Positions 50,036 through 61,383 of a stretch of 64,000 bases of DNA are shown here, one piece after another (positions within the stretch are counted from its first letter, which is position 1; every line of letters starts with the position of its first letter). Source of the stretch: Azolla caroliniana (Eukaryota > Plantae > Polypodiophyta). The translations under genes were made by a program, and so were the position numbers. The notes beneath the pieces are model-generated. The model ran no database searches. It had not been told where the DNA came from and saw nothing but the letters and a program-made list of their open reading frames with translations. The stretch covers positions 6,572,001-6,636,000 of the forward strand of contig JBHGNT010000002.1 in assembly GCA_043228905.1 (NCBI GenBank), in the 5' to 3' direction.

Positions 50036-53000
50036 CACCATGCTTTCAAAAAGGCGGCGATAAAGGGGAGGATAATGTCACGACATAGTTATATAAAATA
50101 CATAGTTGATGAGGATTGAACCTACAACTCACGTCAACAAGATGTTATACTCAACCATTTTGATATGAACATATATTTGTATATAATATTTAGTATTGCA
50201 TAGTCTAGCAAATACTACATTCCTGAATATTCTAGTTTTTAGTATATTCTATGATATATTCTAGAGATATTTCTCAAGTATATTCTAGAGATATTCAATC
50301 TCAAAACTTGTATAAATATGTGTGTTCACCTAGATTACAATCAAGGTGAACATCACCAAAGGTGCACATGTGTGAGTAGAATATAGGTACAGACGTGTAA
50401 GTCATATATTAAATGAAAATGGGAGTGGAGGATCTACAATGTATCCCACTCAAGTACAAAATCCTATTTATTCTATCTAGGTAACTACTAAGTTACGTGT
50501 GTTGACTAAATGACTAAACTAAATTGAGCTTGATATCTCAACACATATGATAAATGATCTTAATGTTTCTTAAAGTTGTATCCTATGCCTCTACTCCCTT
50601 GCTAACCACTTCCTCTAAAAAGTTCAACAAAAGTTTCTCCATAAGAGAATCAAAATGAGATTGATGCAAAAGAGAAAGCGAAAGCATAATGGAGGTTTAC
50701 TAAGTAAGGATTTTTACATGGACTGAATTGAATGATTACAAATCTTCAAACAAAGTGGTTTGAAGTCCACACATCTCATAGAACTATCATACGAAGTGAT
50801 GTTGTTAAAATGGACTCATCATGCATCACATACATATTATCTCGTTAATTCAATCTTTGTGTATGTTGCACAAATTGGAAGGTAAAACTTGGATCACTCC
50901 CTTGCAACCATGTTTATACATCAAACAACCTCAACAACCAATGAAGCCCAAGCAATTTGCTTAGGATAATCCGTAATTGAATGTTGTGAATGATAATTAG
51001 TTATGGGTTTCCCTTAATAGAATTTGACAAAGAGAGCCCCATAATGCATTGTGATGAGTAGCCTGGTTAGGGGCATCAATACCCATCACCCTTACAACTT
51101 CACCAAAATGAGTGATTTCTATAACCAAAGGGTAATCGTAAGGATCATTCTACACAAGTTGAGGATAATACTTATCCCACACAATTAATACAACACCTGA
51201 ATAATGACTACTAAGATGTCTTACATAGAATGAAGAATATCCACATAAATGGATTATGGACTCCACTAACTCATGACACTTACGCTCAACCTCACACAAT
51301 ATAACCCATTCTCTAATTAGCAATATTCCCCATAATATATACTTATTATGAGAAGAACACGCCCCTCTCACATTCCATGTTACCACTTTCATTCAATCCC
51401 ATTCTCTAATTACCAATGTTTCCCCATAATATATACTTTTAATGAGGAGAAAACATGCCCCCCTATTACATTCCATGTTACCAATTTCATTCAATCAACA
51501 ATGTTATGGGTGCACTTTCTCCTTTAGAGCAATTGATGGCATGAAACTAATTAAAACATGTTCCAAAGCTGCCTATGGGTTTCCATACACCACATTCTTA
51601 CGATTATCTAGAAGAACCTTTTGTTTAGGTCCTTCAACATTATGAAAACCCTAAGGATTGGATGATTTTATGATTCGTTCTTATGTATGAAATTGAGGTT
51701 GAAGGGTTATCCCTTATCTATAAATCATTGCTAAGGAGCTTTATGACACCTCATTTCTTCTTGAATTACCTTGCCAAGTAGTATCACAAGTAGTGGACAA
51801 ATCATTATATTGCATATTCACCAATTTCCTCTTCAGCTCACCAAACATATTGACAATCTTCATCAACGACAAGATTGATACTTTGTGTATCAATTGTTTT
51901 TTCCCCTTATCTGGAAGCAGTAGACTTCGATTTTGGCAAATTCATCAATTGATTTCCCTTATTTTTCAACATAACATTTTAAAGTAAGACATCTTAATTA
52001 CATGTTGAAATGTCGACGATAGATTACTAGAGGCACCGATATTGAAATGGCAAGATGCTAAAATGTCAAAATTAGAATACTATAGTACAAAGTGTTAACC
52101 CTAAATGTTGGCCTCCAATACAAGATAATGATGTCAAAACATATCCAAATTCAGCTATGCAACTTGAAGTGTCCAATACAAGATAATGATGTCAAAACAT
52201 GTCCAAATTTGGCTATACAAGTTGAAGTGAACACTTCTCAAGGAACCCTTCGGCTACGCAACTTGAAATATATGCTCCTCAATTTGAAATATATGCTTCT
52301 CAAGGAACCCCTACACTCCTTTGAACTCACTCACACAAGTCAGGCCTTGAGGATAAATATATGTAATGATAAACTAGTGGAGGATGAATCACTTGTTCCA
52401 TGCATGCTCAATATGCAATGTAACTCACGAGTATAATGACATGCTAAACAAGTATGTATACGATAAATTTAAGTGTCATACTCAAAATCTCCACCAACAG
52501 TAAGAACATGACTGCACCCATTACTTTCACAGTGGGAGTTTCTACCACAAGGCAATAACCCCCCCCTTCTTAGGAAGCAGTCACATACAAGATTATTCGT
52601 TTATTTTTGTCCCATAGGTCAAATTTGGCCTACTTGTGGATAATAAAAAAAGCTAATGTAACCTCTCTCCCAAGTGGTAAACTCGAGCTTCTACTAAGCC
52701 AACCTTGTGCAGAATAAACCTACCAAAGCTAGAAATGTTTGGGTCCTTGTTGTCTCTTATGTTTCACTAATATGTGTGTGAACAAAAACAATGGTTGGCT
52801 TTAAAATTAGTAAAACAAAAAAAAAAAAAACAAGAACCTTAGACCCTCTTGCTGTATGTGGCATTATTACAGTAGACCTTAAATTTTGCATTAAAAACGT
52901 AATGAAGCCAATGATATAAAGCCTCTTTAGATGGATGGAAACCATCTGAGAGCTTTTAAGATACCTAGGTAAAAATGGGATAACAAAAAAAATAACAGAA

Positions 53001-53164
53001 TCAAATAGTGTAGCATAACACACAAGTAATGAGATTAACTTAATTTATTTCTTTTAAAAAAGGGTCAATCAGATCAGATCAAATGATGATATAACAAAAT
53101 TATGTAGTGGTTAAGCCTTGGGAAACAATCAAAATTTATATAGTTCCGGAACTTAAAAGATGTA

Positions 53165-54916
53165 TCATGAAGAGGACGATACTGTGGAAGCCGAGGGCTC
53201 GCCAGAGCATATCGAATTGAGCATCATGTGTACAAGCATGACCTCAACAAAGTAATGATGTGGTTTATCAAACCATGGCCACCGGTGAATACCAGGAGGC
53301 CGACCATAATGTCCGCCATCACTATAATTGAAGTCGTAATGGAAAGGGAACGTAACATCGAAGGCATCGATAACTTGCATTCCTCGAAACCTCTTCCGAA
53401 ACCCTTCCAACAGGATGGCATTGTAATCCTCCATCTTTTGAGGGTTCGATTTGTTCCATCGGGCGGGGCCTGCGGGAGCTACGGTAGTCCTCAACAAGAT
53501 CCTAATCTTCTTCCCGACTTTGTCCGTCAAAGGCCTTATCACATACCTCCAAAAGTCGGCCGCCCTACCCACTGCCTTTGCGAACCCGCCCATTTCCTCA
53601 AAATGCAGCCCATCGTGTAGACCCGAATTGAAGATGAACGTGTCGGGGTGCCCCGCGCTCCCGTTGAAGTGGATCTCGAGCTTCTCCCGATACGTCTTGT
53701 TCTTCAGCGAATCCAGCCCTAACCAGTCGCCCATCGTCTCGTGGTGCCCATTGAAAATGTAGGTGATTCGGACGGCTTGGTCAGGCCGTCTCGGGTTCAC
53801 AAACAAAGGCTGTTCAACAACCCGGTTCATCTCCCACGTGGAGATATTGGCCCAACTCGGGGGCGGGTAATCGAGGCCGAAGATGAGGAGATTCCGCAAG
53901 AAATCGAGCATGTTGCTATCCCCCCACATGAAGAGCCACCGATTCGAGAGGCATTCCCAAGCTTCCTCTTTCGAGAAGATACGGAACCCGCATTCGCGAT
54001 CTGAGTAGACCCAGCCATTGCTTTCGAGGTCCGAGACATGGCCGGAGCACCAAGGGAGTTCACACTCGGCCGACGATTTGTCCGACAAGCACCGCCACCG
54101 CCCATCCTGGGGCCCGGCCACACAGCTCTCGTTGAAGAGCCCGCGTGTCCACCGGCCCCCTCCGCCCCCTGCCCTAACCATGTCTTCTTCCCCACACATC
54201 CTCATGGTTGAAGAAACCAACCCTAATTTGCTTGGCCTGGCAAGGAATTGAACAGAAGCACTCACCTCCCCATCTCTCCTCCATTCCAAGGTGTTGTGAT
54301 CCAATCCGTGCAGGTTTCCGAACAGGATCCGAGCCGAGAAGCTATACAGACCTGGTTTGCTTCCATCGATCATGAAACTAACCTCATAGCTCCCATCTTC
54401 TAGATCCTTCACCTCCGGCCGGCTCTTCCAGTGGTCTCCTTCAATGTCTGCTTCGTAGTAATCTCCGCCTGCGCATCGATCTTTTCCGTCTGCAGAGACT
54501 GAGATTAGGGTAAAACGGATGATCTCATCGGTCGAGATTTGGACAGGCCGATGGGCAGGCAATCCAGACAATCTGGTTCCGAAGGTAGTGACATTATGAC
54601 ATGAAGTGGTCCCATTTCGTCTTATCTTATCCAAGATTTTCTGTGTGTTGTGTGTGTGACCAAGAAGAGACCAATCTGAAGAAGATGATGATGATGATTT
54701 TTCTTCATCACTCTTATCTTTCTTCTTTATCAGAGGTATAGATATGCCACTCTCTGTAGACGAGTGCAATCTCACTAGCAGTAGCAGTATGAATGTGAAG
54801 AAAACAATCACAATGATTCCTCCATAGCTCAAACCAGATTTGGGTTTTCTGACACTCATAGAGGAATAAGAAGCTTCTGAAGCTTTTGTTCTCATTGACC
54901 TCGCGAGAGTTTGCAC
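53165..54916 (-). CDS. Type II membrane NXPE/PC-esterase-like (SGNH/GDSL-fold) protein with filamin/Ig-like domain; putative polysaccharide O-acyl-transferase/esterase, 583 aa
   Basis: Single long ORF with an N-terminal TM (GGIIVIVFFTFILLLLV), GGDYYEADI...VKDLEDGSYEVSF, Cys-rich GRWTR...C region, WGDSN (catalytic Ser motif), NSGLHD and DGGH (DxxH). Confidence 0.88.
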   Translation of the reverse strand: MQTLARSMRTKASEASYSSMSVRKPKSGLSYGGIIVIVFFTFILLLLVRLHSSTESGISIPLIKKKDKSDEEKSSSSSSSDWSLLGHTHNTQKILDKIRRNGTTSCHNVTTFGTRLSGLPAHRPVQISTDEIIRFTLISVSADGKDRCAGGDYYEADIEGDHWKSRPEVKDLEDGSYEVSFMIDGSKPGLYSFSARILFGNLHGLDHNTLEWRRDGEVSASVQFLARPSKLGLVSSTMRMCGEEDMVRAGGGGGRWTRGLFNESCVAGPQDGRWRCLSDKSSAECELPWCSGHVSDLESNGWVYSDRECGFRIFSKEEAWECLSNRWLFMWGDSNMLDFLRNLLIFGLDYPPPSWANISTWEMNRVVEQPLFVNPRRPDQAVRITYIFNGHHETMGDWLGLDSLKNKTYREKLEIHFNGSAGHPDTFIFNSGLHDGLHFEEMGGFAKAVGRAADFWRYVIRPLTDKVGKKIRILLRTTVAPAGPARWNKSNPQKMEDYNAILLEGFRKRFRGMQVIDAFDVTFPFHYDFNYSDGGHYGRPPGIHRWPWFDKPHHYFVEVMLVHMMLNSICSGEPSASTVSSSS

Positions 54917-56444
54917 ATAACAGAGATTTCAAAGCATTCCATATGTCATATCTTCATCATCATCATCATCATCATGAAACCCTAATCTTCTGTTGTCATC
55001 AAACCCTAATCTTCTGATGTTGTCAAACCCTTAGCTTGGGTTATCATCAAAAACCTAACTTTCATTGACAATAAACCCTAATCTTCTTTCCACAGATCGT
55101 TCCAAGCAAAACCTGTTAAACATAGACCAAACAAGAATGAAATGCTGCTCTGTTACAGAACGAGAGACAAAATCAAACCCAAAAGAACCCAGAGAAATTC
55201 CATTTAAGACAAGGCCAAAAAAAAAGAGAAATTAAAATTATTGGGCTCTTTCATTTATGAAGAAAATCTGGAGGAGAGAAAATTAATTCCTATTCTCTAG
55301 AGAGCAGAAACCAAAATCAAATCAAATAAAGAGAAGTAAAAAAAAAAAAAACAGACAGTTACACACACACAAAAAAAAAAAACATTAAAAACAAATTGAA
55401 AAATTAAAAATTAAAAACTAAAGTAAAGAAGATACAGCTGGATGGGATTAAGGGTTTTTGTAAGGATCCTCATCCCCTAAAAAAGCAGTAAAAAGCAAAA
55501 AAGCAGACATGGATGTGTGTGTGTGTGGTGTCCCTTTGAGAGGAGCTGGGCATGATCCTCCTAACTCACCATACCATACCAATCAATCAAATGGTGGTTT
55601 GCTAGAAGCACAATCATGTCCTGCTTCTTGGTAGCAATCAGCAACGGTTCGGTTCGGTTTAAACCGTTGCCGATTGCTTCTTCTTGACTTGGCTTGGTAC
55701 TCCAAGAGGCCACTAGGTCTCCCTCCTGTCCTAGAGTCTTTTGTCCACCCGGCCACAACCACAAGTTTCACACTCAACCAACCACTCCTTGCCTATCCCT
55801 CTACCGTAACAATGAGGTTGTGTGCCACCACGTAATGTTATCCAATGTGTCAGGGCTAATGTTAATGGTAACTAGCCATGCAGATAATGTTTTCCCCATT
55901 GTCTACCTCTCACACTAGCTTCTTGTTACCATGACAATGCATGAGCATATAAAAGTGCTCGAGACTAGCACCAAAATCATTGTTGCCTTAGGCCTATCCT
56001 AGAGCAATAGTAATGAGTTTTCTACATGATGAGGCTAGCTCATTAGATTCAAATCCACCATCAATCAATGATGCCTGCGTTTGTTGGTTCATGAATGGTG
56101 AGACTTGCAATCGAGATAAGCTCTTTCGATAGACAAGGGGAGAAGTTTCTTGGCACAATATTTCTTAAGAGGCTAGTTGATTCATTTAACTAAGTCGTCG
56201 ATGGATGATGGGGTTATAAGCATAACCTTACGGACAAATTTGAAAGTTTGTTTAAGTGAGAAACCAATTATCCTTGGACTTAGGCAAACTCCACAAGGAC
56301 CTATTGGCTATGACACATAACATATTGCCTTATGTTATGATTCATTTCAACCTATAGCCTATGCCTTATGTATAGAACACCGACGGCATTCTATGTTTGA
56401 ACACCTCTTGTCCTTCGCTCGAGGGTGGCCAATGTGGGTAATCA

Positions 56445-57941
56445 CATGATGGAAGAGAGTCGACCACAAGGAAAAACACTTTATTGTTGTTTTGTTGATT
56501 TCAAGAAAGCTTTTGATATGGTGCCACGAAGGGAGCTTTGGAATGGTAGAGATTGACATGCCAGTAGAGTACCCGAGTTGTTGTTGCACGCCTATACGAA
56601 CAAGTTAAATGCCAACTAAAAATGGATAGTGTATTCTCAAAGCACTTTTTAAGTAACATGGGGGTCAAGCAAGGATGATCACCATCACCCACACTCTTTG
56701 GCTTATGTATTTATAAACTAGAAGAAGTGATGAATAAGGTTGCAAGAGAAGAATGATTGAATGCCCCCAAATTGATGCAACATGTTATCTTATTGCTTCT
56801 ATATGCAGATGATGTGGTACTCTTCTCATATGATGTTGATAGTATACAACATTTACTTGGGATATTAGAAGAATTTTGCCATAGTAGTGGACTAGCAGTG
56901 AATGTGGTGAAAACAATGCAACCAAAGTGATACTTGTCGATGGGAAGTAAAACTAATGTTGTTCAATGCCATGGTAACTCAAGTATTGCTTTATGGGGTA
57001 GAAGTATGGTTGTGGCATCATCTCTCTTAATGCATGGAATGAGATTGAGAAAATTCAAAAGATGTTTTTAAGGAGGCAATTAGGAGTTAAATGCACTACC
57101 TCTTACCAAGTTATACTCTTGGGAATAGGTGCTTGACCCATAGAAATATTGGCACTCCAAAGTATATAAATATATTACAAAAGTCAAGAATATGCCGAAT
57201 CATCGATTACCACATCTTGTTTGGAATGTTGGATGTAGGCTACAAAAGAATCATAAGAGTAAGATTCTCTCATCTAGTTGGCTTGTTGACATAAGGAAGT
57301 GGTTTAGAAGATTGGGTGTGGATGATCTTTTAGAGCTTTTGAGTGATGTTATGCATTATGTCATGATTGAGGAAAGGTTAGTGGAATCATTAAGGATTAA
57401 GTGGGAAGATGCTATGAGGACAACGCTAAAATACTACATTGCAAATGTCAACCTTGAATGTTGGTCTCAATATAAAGCAAGAATGGTTATTGGTCGTATC
57501 CAACCTTATCTCATTACCAATATGAGTAGTAATGCTCGTAGAGCCCTTACACTACTTTGCACTTGATCTCACAATTTAGGGATTGAAATTGCATCATGGT
57601 ATCAAAATGTAACGAATTTGAAAACATGTAAAGTATGCAATGAAGGTATGGTAGAGGATGAATGTAACTTGCTCTTCACATGCTCGACATATAGTGCAAT
57701 TCGTTCAAGATATGCTGACATACTAAGAGGGAGTGATAACTTAAGTGCCATAATTAAGACACCACCTAGAAGGTTGAGCTCATATGTGTATGCTTTATTC
57801 ACACATGGAGACTTTGTGCTTCAATGTATGAATACCCCTTCTTACGAAGGAGACACATATCAAGAACAAATGTATACTCCGGTCCCATAGGTCAAATTTG
57901 GCCTCTTTATGGACGATAAAAATTCTAATTCTAATTCTAAT
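56445..57941 (+). mobile_element. Degenerate 5'-truncated RTE/RTEX-like LINE with (ATTCTA)n tail
   Basis: CFVDFKKAFDMVPR, GVKQG*SPSPTLF, LLLYADDVVL, HRLPHLVW, CKVCNEGMVEDECNLLFTC; conserved 3' hairpin then ATTCTA repeats. Confidence 0.85.
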
Positions 57942-59671
57942 TTCCCTAATCTAAATATGCATTGTTTATCACTAGTATTTTGATTCATAATAGACACCAA
58001 GGTTGTCGATTCAAGAACAGTGAAGCTTGTGTTCACGATAGGCTCGTTGGGAAATCAAGTTTCCAAAGAATCAATTCCTAGAGGTAGAACCCTCATTGCA
58101 ATGTTGAATTGCTAAAACACAATATCCTTGGCCCTGAACAAGTTTCTCCTTTCCTTGACTCAAGAGTTTTGTAAGAGTGTTTATCATTAATCCATTAGAT
58201 GTTGATTTTGCTTCTAGTTTAGGAGGAAATATGTGTGAAAGGGCATTACAATATTTTTTGTATACAATGAAACAAACGATATACCGTAAACTCTTATCTT
58301 TACGAGGCACTGACCTAATATACTTTGTGGAGCATGTGCGGATCCAAGAGATGTGTATTTTAGGATCAATCGTCACAATCTTTTGCAATACAATCTACAA
58401 TTTCATACATGAATTGTTTAACCTAAAAAAAAGGTTGGTAATGCATTTATGTGTGTGCTTTTTAATATTTGTTCTTCAAACTAAAATGCCCTTTTACGAT
58501 AGAAGCACAACACTTTCATCGTGTGATAGGCCTAAACATCAATGTAACTCTTAGATTTTGAGGAGAGTATAGTTATTTGAATACATTACCACATGCCTTT
58601 TATGCACTTATATGCTTAGTGATTAGTCAATATAAAGGTAATTTTTAACTCAAAAGGGTTGGGTAGTTATTACCCACATGCATACATTGCAATTATATCG
58701 TGTGAAAGAAACTTTTACATGTTTCAAAAGTTGTAGAGTATTGATTAATCAACTTATTTTTTGTTTTCTAAGCTGACGCCAAGGGGCATCTATCTATCTA
58801 CTCCAAAGAGTAGATTGAACTTTGGCTATGCAACTTGAAGTGGATGCAACATTTTTCACACACCAAAATCCTTCCAACTTGAAAGGTAGATGCAAGTGAT
58901 TGTTGTGTACCATCAAACATTGTCACATGGCACAATGCTAAAAACCTTAGTTTTATTAGAATGGAAGGCTGATGTACTAAAATATTCGAGGAAAGTGTCA
59001 CTCTTTTTCTTGCACCCATCTCTTTGCATGAATAGCATACACATGGTTAGACAAGGCCACTCTGCCAGGAAATAAAGGCATTGAACAGTAACATGCATTA
59101 TCTTTTTTGGTTTTTATTCCTCGTCCAGTGGAATGAGAAGAAATAACACACACTCAAAACAAGTTAATGTTTGGTAACCTTTTCATTCTCGGATGTGTTA
59201 AATATAGCTCATAGAAAGAGAAAAAACAAACATGGAAAACAAAGAGAAAGAATAATAGACTATGGATGCACGCATCTTATTTCAATTGAAGCCAACTTTA
59301 TAAATTGAATCCATGTTCTTAACATATATTTTTTCAAATGCTATCCTTGAATCTGAAATAACCTATTTTCAGTAATTATTTGGTCATCAAAGAACAATCT
59401 CTTACAAATTTTAGAGCAATAACATGGACTTGTACATCAAGAAGGTTACGCGACAAACCTAGTCCACAACAAACAATACTCAAATATAATCAATGAAGAT
59501 TTGAAACACATAAAATTTCTAGTTGATCAAGCAAAAACAACACAAAAAATTTCCATCACCTCAACATAACAAATCAATGTGCACATCTCTATGCTAATAA
59601 AAAGTACCACTTCTATCACACATCAAACTATGGTCACCTTTGATGTGGATGTGCATTATGCCCAATCAACA

Positions 59672-60022
59672 AACCAAAACATAACATTTTTTCTTCATTT
59701 GGCCTATGAACCATTTCAATCTCCACAATCAAGTGACAAAAGCTCAATAAAACCAAACCTTATGAATGCTATTACAAAGCTTTCATATCATTGTTGGATG
59801 GGAAAGTTAATTACATCCCAGCACATTAATATGGTCACATCTCCATTATGACCAGTCATCCAACCAAAACACGACATTTTTTCTTCATTTGGCTTGTGAA
59901 CCATGTCAATCTCCACAATCAAGTGACAAAACTCCAATAAAACCAAACGTTACGAATGCTATTCCAAAGTTCTCATAGCATTGTTGGATGGGAAAGTTAA
60001 TTACATCCCAGCACATTAATAT
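59672..60022. repeat. ~190-bp tandem duplication
   Basis: AACCAAAACA..ACATTTTTTCTTCATTTGGC...GGAAAGTTAATTACATCCCAGCACATTAATAT occurs twice. Confidence 0.9.
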
Positions 60023-61383
60023 TACTATTAGATCTACTATTTTCTACACATTTAAAAAATGCAATGAGAACGTGGCAAATAATGCCATGAATTGAAGACC
60101 AAAAGCATCCAAGAGTTGCAACTACTCTAGAATTTAAATGATCTTCTAATGAAAACATCATGTCAAGGAATTTCAAATATTAACCAAACCTTCCCCATGT
60201 CAAAAATGTTTATTGTATTTAAATACTTTTCGAATGAGAACATGGGAACTCAACATTTCTTTGATAAAAATATTTTACAAATTTAAATTACAATTTTCCA
60301 CAATTGCCAAGTCAACAGCTGTAAGATTCTTAAAATTGAACGTGACTATGATGATAAAGACATACAGGGAATGAAAAATTGATATCACCAATACAAAACC
60401 CTATCAACATATTGTTGCTCACATGGACTGAAATCGCCTATTTAAAATCAGTAACTTTGCATATCTACTCTTCCCTACGGTCATCATATGATCCATAACA
60501 GAAGTATTATTTTAAGGGAAGAGTTAAGTAAGAATGAAAACGACATCAAGCATCGACAAGAAAAATTTCAAGGGTAAATATAAACGTGCGTTTTCAAATG
60601 TCAAGGAAAAATTTCAAAATGTGTACATTATAAACAGATACAATAAACAGCCTCTCCAGTTTGCACTGTTATGCGAGACAACACTGCACAATGAAGTAGA
60701 GGGATGTCCTGTGTTGAAATCATCAAGAGAATGATTCCTCAAGTACAAAATGGTGTTGGTATATTTATATGAACATCATACAACAAAATCTCATGAGGTT
60801 CAGTTATGTTCACACATTCCTGAACAAGGGATTGGGAGTGCAGAGTTTGTTGAAATTGTGACCAATGGCTTAGCATTCACCCTTCCCGCTTGTATCAAGA
60901 ATTTTACAATCAAGTCAAAAATTTGTCAAAATTCTTGGCTCAGTCAATGATGAAAGATTTACCAGCTAATATTCGATGACTATTCAGCAGAATATTCGAT
61001 GACTAAGTGCTAAAAATCATTAGCCAGAGGTTAACAAGATGCGTCTTCTAAAATTTTATGGTACAACTTTATCATCTTTCACATCTTTCGGATTAAAAGA
61101 TACAAGTTTAAGCTCCAAGTCATGTCGTAATACAATCCTTTGGCAGTCTCAGAACCTCCAATCAAATCCACTTCAAATCAAATCTTTATATGCAAAAATG
61201 CAAAGCATTAATGGAGCTCAGAGTGGATGCAAAAAATGCACTGAAATTTTGAGCCTATAATGCATTTCTACACAAATTATGCAAAGAGAAGATAATAACT
61301 TGCCTATATGCAAAATATAAATCCAGTTCGAATTTGAGTTTTTGTACATATACTTACAAATGTCTCAATTTTAAATGTGATTT

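Larger units (their letters stand above)
48526..50352 (+). mobile_element. Non-autonomous LTR retrotransposon (TRIM/LARD-like), self-priming type; 3' LTR truncated
   Basis: 5' LTR 48526-48886 (TGTCATG...CGTGACA). PBS GTTTATTCACCTT (48887-48899) is complementary to AAGGTGAA.AAA downstream of the TATA box. PPT AAAGGGGAGGATAA at 50062-50075. The 3' LTR copy 50076-50352 lacks U5. No gag/pol. Confidence 0.85.
47030..51500 (-). mobile_element. Old degenerate L1-type LINE (same family as 46411-46970) interrupted by two LTR insertions
   Basis: 3' end aligns to 46411-46870. The endonuclease start MKVVTWNVRGA is at 51392, and this start region is tandemly duplicated (~91 bp, 51305-51495). Confidence 0.65.

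Noticed and set aside
58071-61260. Short ORFs between the RTE-like LINE and the MRG 3' end
   Set aside because: No recognisable domains; likely decayed repeats and 3' UTR.
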